64,000 nt of DNA. Source: Catajapyx aquilonaris. Its lineage: Eukaryota. Below the pieces are notes generated by a model. It searched no databases. It worked only from the letters and a program-made list of their open reading frames with translations, and had not been told where the DNA came from. The DNA lies in the NCBI GenBank assembly GCA_000934665.2, contig JYFJ02001671.1, forward strand, positions 1 to 64,000. Reading direction: 5' to 3'. This document shows positions 39,151 through 48,838 of the stretch, piece after piece. The number at the start of each line of letters is the position of its first letter. The first letter of the stretch is position 1. Position numbers and translations under genes: made by a program.

Positions 39151-40216
39151 TCTATATTTTAGTTCGTTTGTGAGTTTGTTTGTGAGTTTATGAGTTTGTT
39201 TGTCCCTTATAGAAATCCAGGGGAAGGTCCCTACACCGCCTTCAATAATTAGCATATCGGGGGTTACTTTTTCCAAGGAATCTAACGCCGCATGTTTCAG
39301 CTTCCGAAAATGTACCTAACTCCCACAACACACATATTCCCTAATCTTCTCACTTCTCGAGCCTCAACAATTAACTTACATCAATAACAATATATCAATT
39401 TGCATTCCCATGGAAGTGCAAATTTCAAAATATGGCTATTTACCTCCCTGGATCGTACCGCAGGGAGGGAACCTTTATTTCGTCTTGATGGAACCTTTTT
39501 GACGTAGCGCCCGGGCCCATGCAATTCTCAAAGGGTACATTTTGTGAACTCCCCCCGGGTGGATTAGTCTGAGGAGATTCCACCCGAAACGAAGCCAGAG
39601 ACGACCCAACTCTGCACGAGATGAAGAGGGGAACCCCGGGCTGGGATCGAACCCGGGACCTTAACATCCGTGGGCACATTTCCGCAGCGCCACTTCGTCT
39701 CCCCTACGAAATGCCCTTATGCAACAATACCTAGCAAGTTAAACCAGCGCCGTAAATTCAACGCATCCACCAATTACGCTAATTGGCCACCTCATGTGAG
39801 TTCGTATCTTATGGTAATTCTGGGATTTTAATATCACAAAATCCCGGAATTACCATAAGATACGATACGATAAGATACGAAGAGGATTTTAAAGTAGACT
39901 TCCAGACATGAGTAAATACAATAAAATAATACAGTATTTACAAATATTATTCCGTGTTGAAAACAAAATTTTCCACCATGCATCTGTACGTAGTACGTAC
40001 ATTTCTAAAGTTCTTTAGAGCAAACATGTGGAAGGAGGTGGGGGTGTGATTGTAACTTATAAAGCATATTTTAAGACATACCGAGTTTCGAGTGTATGAA
40101 AGGGAAATTTTTACAAACAAACACACTTCCTAATATACTGTATATGCATGTACTACCCCTACCTTTACCAGCACCCCAACATACCCGGGCAACGCCGGGT
40201 GACCTGCTACTGCTAG
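39151..40216 (+). mobile_element. Non-autonomous Helitron-like element
   Basis: A|TCTATAT start followed by a (GTTT)-type microsatellite; 3' hairpin ACCCGG-GCAACG-CCGGGT at 40183-40200, then CTAG|T at 40213-40217. The 5' boundary is approximate. Confidence 0.65.
39437..39705 (-). mobile_element. tRNA-derived SINE-like insert nested in the Helitron-like element
   Basis: Minus-strand B-box AGGTCCCGGGTTCGATCCC at ~39643-39661; boundaries approximate. Confidence 0.45.
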
Positions 40217-41699
40217 TAATACATACTTATTCGATCGAGACTTATTTTGTCACAATATTACGGCGTAGGCTATATAGAGCAGGTTCAGACAAACACAATT
40301 TCCGAGCACTTTTACCTCACCATGATTGATGACCCATTGTCTCTTAACGCCCCTTTTTATACTACTTATGATGACTATGACTATGACTATGAAACACTAT
40401 GATATATTGTGACTGTTGCTGAGCAAATATTTGTTAAGTTTCAAGATAGGTCTATGTTCCTCAACTGCATAAAAATTGAGATCAACAGATTTTAACCTGC
40501 TTGTTACATTCCCTGTGATTAGCCTACTGTTTCTCTCTCAAAATTTAAAGAAATAGGCAGCATGAATGGCCTGCCGTTTATGCAATCATCATGTGATTTG
40601 TTCCACATCTTGCATTAAAATAATTATTGCAGTGACTTCATGCAACATTATGACTGTTTCCAGGCGCCTTACCAACAATGTTACAACCAGCTTATGGTTA
40701 TGATAACTCAGTTTTCAAATTAGCAGTAACTTCAGAACCACCCATTGTTCTGATAATGTCAATTAATTTGACAGAGTTACAAATAGCATGCACATCAAAT
40801 TACTTCAGGGCCCAGGGTGGGTATATGTGCAAGGGTATGTAAAGAATATAGGGAGACGAGGAAAATCAACAATACAAATAACAATGATAATGAAAACCGA
40901 CGATCAGAATTTTCCACTCTCTTGCTTCTGCTCCGAAGCCTGACATCTGAAAACAATCATAATTATACTGGCAGCGCCATACCAGATTGCAATATCATAC
41001 GACATGTAGATGTAGGATTAGCTCGAGCAACTGGAAAATATGTGTAAATATGCAATAATCGCTTAAAAAGGAAAAACAGATCACGATTGTAGCTATAGCA
41101 TAAAAGCAATTACAAGGAAACATTTTCTAGCAAGAGATATCACGTGCACATAATGACTTGGTACACTGAGAAGCACCAACACTTCTATTATTAATGCCAC
41201 AGAGTTGTATTCATTCATTCATTTGTTTGTTTGTGTCAGTGTGCGTTCGAGGAAACAATACTCAATAAATATTATGGCCTTTAGCATTGTCCAGCATCTT
41301 CACTTTGTAAAGTGCACATCTCTTTACTTTCCTGATGAATGTGATGATTCCCTACACAAATACTTTCTGCTTCAACTATGTGATATTACAGCCACTTGTG
41401 AAGCATTTCCATTAATGGCACTGTAATAATAAGTTACATATGCCATTACGACAACAAGACAAACAAAGTGAACGTCAAAATTAACGACTATAATTAACAA
41501 GAGTCATTTTTGACTGATACCTAACACGAACTTTTCTGTTGGCAGATAAATGCGGTATAAAAACACAGCATTTAAATAGTGGCAAACAAAACACCTCACA
41601 ATAACATTTCATAAGACACAGAGAAGTGCCCCCCAAAGATGCGGCCTACCCGCTGCGACCTATGACCAAAACCAGTCCCCGATATGCTTGGATTTCCTC

Positions 41700-42439
41700 A
41701 CACTCTGCCGCCATCTTGCAGTCGCCTGGCTCCGGGCCAACATGGCTGACCCGGAGAGAGAAAAAAAAAGAGGGCAGGACTATCATCATTGCCCTGAGGC
41801 GCTTATTCCAACATACCCCCCGATGCCACTACTGCTGCCCACCTGCTCCCACCTCGATCATTTCGGGCAGTAAAAGCCCGCCAAATATCCGCCATCTTGT
41901 CCAGATCGGCCGCCGTCTTGCCTCTACTCTAGCCTCGCACTGGGTCCACATTTCCTCCCCCCTCCATTTTTAGCCCCAAAACCTGATGTGCCCTAACACT
42001 TATTGTCGCATACCCTCCCGACAATCCCTACTCTAGCAACCACCCCCAACCCCAAGCACACTCTTGGCCCCGAGGCAGGTCCCGGGTGCCCGTCACACCA
42101 TGACACCAACACCGGCGACATACACCTCCAACCTGTACCGTGCATCCTAAAATCATGGCTACACTGCGGTATGGAGGGGAAAAAGCGGTGACCTACTTAC
42201 CGCTGTTAATTGGCCCTCGCAGGTGGTCGACCTCGTCGCGACTAGTGCCCCCGGTGCAGAGCTGGCGGAGCCAGGGGTCAGTGACTGAGCCAGGGTCATT
42301 GAACCAGAGAGGACCGCGCGCGTCCGATCCGCAAGACACTCCACGGAAAAAACGAGGGGGAAGAAGGAAGCTTCTCGACTTCAGGAGGCTGGACGCTGGA
42401 GGGCGCTGATTGGCTCAAGCGGGCTGAAGCTGAATTGGC

Positions 42440-42440
<1 letters not shown>
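41700..42440 (-). promoter_or_regulatory. GC-rich promoter-like island with a minus-strand first-exon candidate
   Basis: Minus-strand CCAAT boxes near 42408 and 42433; minus-strand donor CAGCG|GTAAGT at 42201/42200; YY1-like CAAGATGGCGG at 41708-41718 and 41889-41899 (minus). Confidence 0.4.

Positions 42441-42515
<75 letters not shown>
42440..42515. repeat. (AAT)n microsatellite
   Basis: Directly visible. Confidence 0.95.
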
Positions 42516-42516
<1 letters not shown>

Positions 42517-43650
42517 TATCGATGACACCGGTCGACATCTAATGCAGCTCTTGCAGTAAGGTTGAAAAGTGTGACAGCCATCTTTGATTATCCATGATTT
42601 ATTATAACATCTTATGCCCATACCGTGTGTAATTAAAATTATGTTAAATTTCAAGCTACTGTACCTTCCTATGTGTAAATGCACTTTACTGCCGATTAAC
42701 CGGGTGCGGATTATCCGTGCGTCTGATGGAATTCCCATATACGTACATCCATACAAATCGAATCTACGAAAGTGGCATTTTCTCGGGAATAGGGTTCGGC
42801 ATTCGGCAACCAGCAACACTAATATTCAAAGTTTTCTGCTTTCAATGTGCCTATAACGCACACTATTGATTAATGAAACTATCCGCAAAAATTCAAAAAT
42901 TAGCTCACACAAAATTAATGAGACAGGACGAAAAAAAAATGTAATTTTCTGAACACAGGACATGTGTTTCTCAACTTGAGGTGCAAAACTTGCGAGTATG
43001 AAGCTTAAATCAGTGACAGATGCGAAAATCACCCCGGCTCCAGTAGTATTCTCTGCCTTCCTGCCCGTGGGAAAGGAGAAGATGAGTATAATCAAAAGCA
43101 GCCTCTGTTTCTATACCGAGGGGCCAAGAAATGGTCTGTTAAAGCCGACGTGAGATGAAAATGAGTATGTTATATCAGGAGTTTAAAAAAAATACACAGC
43201 GCCTTATGGAATATGCTGGGGCAGGCCTTTCGAGACGGTTACAACCGGATTCAACTATAGGTATTAGCAAGTTATGCAATTCTCTGAATCTTCTGTGGGA
43301 AAGAAATGCACCGATGTTATTTCTTTGCAGTCACTGTTTTGGTCATGTTCTGTTGTGCCCTTGCTTTGGTAACCATGCTTGTTCTCCCGGGTTCCCATCA
43401 GCAATGACATTTTTGTTGGCTACTTTTCCATCACAATTTTTTGAAAAAACCGAGGCGCTGCAGGATAAAATACCCGAGCGCCATCTGAGAGATCTCGTTT
43501 GGAACTGAGGAGATTCGTCTCCCCCTTATTGGCCTTATACTTCCTGATGTGGCCGCCAGATGTCTTCGGTGTCCAGAAATGGCGGTCTGTTGTTCATGCG
43601 ATCTGGTCACCTGAAGGTCAAAGTTCAACCAGGACACAGCACAAAGCCAT

Positions 43651-45340
43651 ATGGCGGTGGTCAGCAGGGCAGCCGTCAACCTTGGGCACAACCTCGTCGC
43701 CGCCTCCAGCAGACTCACAGTTCAAACCACCCGGATCAGTCAGCTGATGCCTCTTAGGATCAGCCAGGTCAACAGGCTGCTGGTTAAGGTCATTAGGTCA
43801 ACCACATGCCGGGTCAGGCCGGCAGGAAAGGTCATGCTGGGTGCAGGGCTGTGGTCCATGCTCAAGTGGGGGTCAGAGGAGACCCAGAAGATGACCACGG
43901 ACGAGGAGAAGCTGGTCCACCTCATCAAGCTTGGGGTCAAAGCAGTGCAGGTCAGTATAATATGGCACAGGTCACACCACAGTTATTAATACGGTACTGT
44001 AAATTAATATGACTTAACTAATCATTTAACCAATAATAAAACAAAAAATTATAACTGATAATAATACAAGCAATACGATATATTAATGAGACAACCGATA
44101 ATATGTAGCAAATAGCATAGCATAATGTAGCTATTATTGTGGCTAATATAAACAATGACCTTAATAACATAACCAATGATGTAGCTAATAACATAACCAA
44201 TGATGTAGCTAATAATATAGCCAATGATGTAGCTAATAATATAGCCAATGATGTAGCTAATAATATAGCCAATGATGTAGCTTATAATATAACCAATGAT
44301 GTAGCTAATAATATAGCCAATGATGTAGCTAATAATATAACCAATGATGTAGCTAATAATATAGCCAATGATGTAGCTAATAATGTAGCCAATGATGTAG
44401 CTAATAATATAGCCAATGATGTAGCTAATAATGTAGCCGATAACATGAATATAACTAATAATATGAATAATTAATAATTTATTTAAATGACTTGGGGGGA
44501 TTAGGATGGTGAAACGAAGAAGGCGGAGCAGCTGTTGCATCTTGCGCTACGTACAGCGCAGGAGATTCAGTCGAGCGATGGGATTACGTACATTTACGAC
44601 CTGCTGGCGAACATTGCGTACGAGGAGGGTAATGTGGTGAAGGCCGAGCGGTTGTTTCTGGACGTGATGCGTCGCCTGTTCGACTCTGGGAAGGCGAACG
44701 ATTGCAACGAGGTGGTGCACATCAGCCTGAAGCTTGCGTCCATGTATGCGCAGTCGGGGGACTTTGTGAAGGCGGACGAAGGGTTCAGGTTCTGCGTGGA
44801 GACCCAGCAGAAGAAGGTGGACCAGGGGGTGAGGGACGAGGACACCATGAACCTCTGGGCGCTCAGTATGGACAGCTTCGCTCACTACCTGCTGGGCCGC
44901 AGAAAGGTAAGTCGTCGCATACGTTACATCATCAGTACGTGCTCTAACATTAAATGTAATCGCAGATTGAAGAAGCCCGGACGTACTTCCAGAAGGCATA
45001 CGATGTCTGCAAGTCCGTTCGGGGTGACACCGACGAGCAGACACTGATACTGCTGGGCGACCTTGGAGGTGTCAGCTCGATGCTCGGAAAGTACGAGGAG
45101 GCACAGGACTTGTACCAGGAAGCGATCAAGCTTGGTAAAGAGAGCGAGTGTACAGTACTGGGCTCCCTGTACGTAAACTCGGGTGTGGTGTACGTACACC
45201 AAAGGCGAATGAAGGATGCGGAGGACGCATGTACGGAAGCGAGAAGACTGGGCAGGCTCCGGAACGACAAGGAGGTGGAGAAGGAGGCTGCGGACTGCCT
45301 GCAGGAGATCAAGAAGATCCTGCTCGCCACTCACAAATGA
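43651..45340 (+). CDS. TTC19: Tetratricopeptide repeat protein 19 homolog, mitochondrial (complex III quality-control factor)
   Basis: Exons 43651-43950, 44505-44906 and 44966-45340 with GT/AG boundaries, all phase 0; about 358 aa. Basic, acid-poor N-terminus (MAVVSRAAVNL...) resembles a mitochondrial presequence. KAEQLLHLALRTAQ, ITYIYDLLANIAY, KAERLFLDVMRRL and HISLKLASMYA match TTC19 TPR helices. Confidence 0.88.
44160..44445. repeat. 24-bp minisatellite (CCAATGATGTAGCTAATAATATAG)n in TTC19 intron 1
   Basis: About 11 copies; gives rise to the spurious ANNIANDV/IISYIIGY ORFs. Confidence 0.92.
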
Positions 45341-45682
45341 TGTATTAAAATGTGATAATGGGAGATCTGCACTAGTCAAATGTTTATAATATCAGCATAT
45401 CTTGCCATGGCAAAGCCACAATAACATTTGTTGGCCTACAGCACCACGAACATACAGTAGTTTTTGTGTCATATAAAAGGCAAGGTTTGTTGGTTCGACC
45501 ATGGAAATGGTTGTTTGTCCATATGGCAAGTTGTCTGTTTGTCCATTTCCAAGGAAACAGGCCATGTGAAGAATGGGCATTGCCACTAGCTAACAATTAA
45601 ATTTTTATTATTGAGCAGCTGTGGGCTATCCAATTCCTTTCCAAGTGTTCATCAAATGCTTTATTAAACATGTACAAAAATA

Positions 45683-46785
45683 TCAGCAATCATCACCCTC
45701 GGTCACCACAATTACGTTTACAGCCACACGTGCCACCAGGGCACCTTTCTTATCCTCCTCGATGGACCATGCACTGTTCAGAATGTCTTCAGCCAGCTGA
45801 TCCGGATCAACCGGCTCGCTCACACTGTCCGCTGATGCTGTGAAGATCAGCACGGATCTTCTGAATGGCGCATCATCATCGTTGCAATAACCGTGCAGCA
45901 AAAGCGCTGCATCACGATTGAGCCGGTGTATCCCATAAATTATGGCGACATGACCCGTGTCCAAGCTCATCTTCAGTTGCGAATCTAGCTTGACACCTGA
46001 CAGTCCGCTGGAGAAGATCGGACTAGGAGGCGGCTCTTGAAACGCGGCGGCAACAACCACAGCCAGATCACGGGCCAAGCAGCGGCTCGTCGACTCGCTT
46101 CCAGGCGTACTGATCAGAAGCAGCACACTCGGTCTGGGTGGATCCTTCCGAAAAACTTGCTGGATACTGGACCCCAATGTGTTCCAGGAGCGGCGTGGCT
46201 GAGCCGCATACTTGGCCTGAAGCTGGCGGTACTCCCCCGTAAAAAACTCCCGCATCTCCGCTCTCTCCCGAGCCGCATCGTCGCAAACACTGAGTGTCCA
46301 ATTGCTGCAGATCATATCCAGTGCGGTCGTGCTCATCGCTAAGCACGCTACAACCGCACCAATTACGCCAAGCAAACACACCATGTTACGACAACAGTTG
46401 CTTTTAACTGGTCTAATAGACTGTTTAGGTGGCGAGGACGCACGCTTGGTGACCTTTGACTTGAAGCGTTTTGGCGTCTCCGCTTCATCCGTCTGGCTCT
46501 CTGATGAAGCGTCGCTGGACCGCCAACCTCCTTTCACATCATCATTTGGCAGCACCTGAAGTAAGTGCATCAGTTAATTGCAGTACTTCTACTAGTGAGG
46601 AGATCCAGAAGATCATGCTCAGTGCTCGGTATTAAAATGTGATCTGCGCAAGCCATGATAGCTGCATAATCTTGCCATGGCAAAGCCACAATAACATTCA
46701 TTGGCGTGAGCCGCCACAAAAACGTATATTACAGCTAGGTGCATACCAGGGTTGGCGGCGTGTGGTCTCCGTCGGCGTCTGGCAT
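45683..46785 (-). CDS. TOR1AIP1: Torsin-1A-interacting protein-like (LAP1/LULL1 family), single-pass nuclear envelope/ER membrane protein
   Basis: Main exon 46555-45683 after ttacttcag acceptor; probable upstream exon 46785-46747 (MPDADGDHTPPTL|gtatgc), phase 0; about 303 aa. Hydrophobic segment VCLLGVIGAVVACLAM, then an AAA+-like luminal domain with PSVLLL, RCLA, LHGYCNDDDAPF and DKKGALVARVAVNVIVV. The start exon is less certain, and the sequence cannot distinguish LAP1 from LULL1. Confidence 0.8.
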
Positions 46786-48360
46786 CCTGTGACCCCCTGT
46801 CTATCCCCAGATTAAAGCTAGATCATGTTATCTATTTATCTATTAACTATCATAGAACTAGCCGCACTTTGAACGGAACAAGTCATGGCGATGGCAAATA
46901 GTGTCGATTCGGTCGATATCATAGCATGCAGTCGATAGTCGATACTAGTAGACGGTTGCGATACGATCCTTTTTGGAACGGATGCTGCTCCTACATAATA
47001 TTATTTATTAATTATTAATGATGTGTTATGTAGGCTTTTCTACGTACTGTAGGGTAATATTTCCGGTATTACAGAGAAAGTGAGCGTACTTTCTCTGTAC
47101 TTATTATTATGCCCGTACTTTCACTGGCGGATATGTTATTACGATACTGTACATTATACACACTCTTGGTTCATTTCGAGCCACATTTCGAGTGACGGGT
47201 TCCGGATCGGTTTCAGAACAATTCTGGCCCAGTTCTGGACCGGTTTCAGATCGGTCAGCGCTCGGGTCAGCTCCAGCCATGGCAGATCAGGCCGCCTTGG
47301 CCCTATACAGTCGTACATCTCTCATGACGTCCTCATCCCTGTGAGGTCATCCCTGTGAGGTCATCGAGCTGTGAGGTCATCGAGCCACTTGGGAACCTCA
47401 TCAAGCCCACCACCACTGTACGACTAAAGAGAATTTCATTGTACTTTGTGATCACCTGTTCTAATTCAGATTGTTTTTTTTTTGACATAAAATTAATTAT
47501 TATATTAACCCAGATATTCCGGGAAGGGTTTTTTGTTTACTTTTTGAACTTTTTTCGTTTCTGTTAGTTTATATTACTAGTTCCTGAAACACAAAAATCG
47601 AGATAATAAAGCATTTTTCTGAATGTTTGTTTGCGAGAAAATGGGGTGTTGCCTATATAATTATGGGATGCTAGGAAAATGTAATCTAGTATGGCGGTTA
47701 CATTACCATACCAACAGCGACATACAGCAATATCCCATAGGTTCATAATATTCACCGATGATTGATTGTTGCCGATTGCATTACCAACGGAAACAGGTCG
47801 TGCAAAGAAAGGGTTGTGATTGAGTCACAATCGAGCATTGTTATTGCCACGGTTGCCATGTTAAACTGCCGTCAAAAATATTATTATCGAAGACACACAA
47901 AACAAATCAGAACTAAAAGTATTTTTATTCGAATGAAAAACAGTTGCTGGAAAAGGCGCAACTGTTGACACAATAAAATAATGCTGATGGAAAAATCTAA
48001 CCACTTGTAACAATATCTGTTCTTGAATGCTGCACTCTTTTCTTTTCTTTTCTTTATTTATTTTACAGGAAATCTTTTAGGCCAATGTGAGGTTATAATA
48101 AGTTCCTTGGAGGTATCTCTGCATACAGTTTTGCACTTCCTGCTCCTGGCTCGGGACCGGTTCTGGATCGGTTTCAGATTGATTTCGACGCAGTTCCGGA
48201 CCGGTTCTGGAACGATTCAAGATCATGTTTCAGATTTATTTCGACCCAGACCCGGTTCCGGACCGGTTCCAGATCAGTTTTAGATTTTGATTTCGACCCG
48301 GTTCCGGACCGGTTCCAGATCGGGCTCCGGTCCAGTTCCGATCCCATGTGAATGCCTTGG

Positions 48361-48720
48361 TGACGTCAAACTCAAACTGGTGCCACTACACAGCGCATGC
48401 GCACTGTCCCCGCTCGATACCCTCTCCTACCCCCCCGTGATTGGCTCGAGCTCCAACATGGCCACACTCTGATTGGCCCTGAGCTCCAACATGGCCACCA
48501 GGACACCGCACGCAATGCACTATGGGTATGAAGTCGGCCATCTTGCTGCTCCCTGACATCGATTGGCTTCTGGATCAAATCGCGGGCTGTGATTGGTATA
48601 GAGAGCGGACGACCCACCCGCCCCCTTCCTTCTAGAGAGCCCCGTTGCATTATGGGCCTCCCCTCCCCCCCCACTCTGGCTGAATCATCCCCCCTCCCCC
48701 TCCAATCAGTAGTGTTCGGG
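48361..48720. promoter_or_regulatory. GC-rich promoter region upstream of dynamin with clustered CCAAT boxes; possibly bidirectional with the TOR1AIP-like gene
   Basis: GATTGG at 48439, 48471, 48561 and 48591, CCAAT at 48702, TGACGTCA at 48361, duplicated gagctccaacatggccac; 120-480 bp upstream of the dynamin ATG. Confidence 0.55.
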
Positions 48721-48838
48721 GAGCAACCCCCTCCCGTCGAACGTTGTGACTTGTCCTCCTCTCCTGTGGTCTGGTCGTTTCCCTTCCATCGCCAGTGGGT
48801 GTTCCTCGAAGACAGCCGGTGCAACACACAGCCTGGCC

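Noticed and set aside
40300..41800. C/D-box snoRNAs suggested by scattered RTGATGA motifs
   Set aside because: I found no properly spaced C box/D box pair with a terminal stem by eye.
44049..44540. ORFs with IISYIIGY / ANNIANDV periodicity
   Set aside because: Translation of a 24-bp minisatellite inside TTC19 intron 1.
44547..45379. Minus-strand ORFs of 126-165 aa
   Set aside because: Antisense shadows of TTC19 coding exons.
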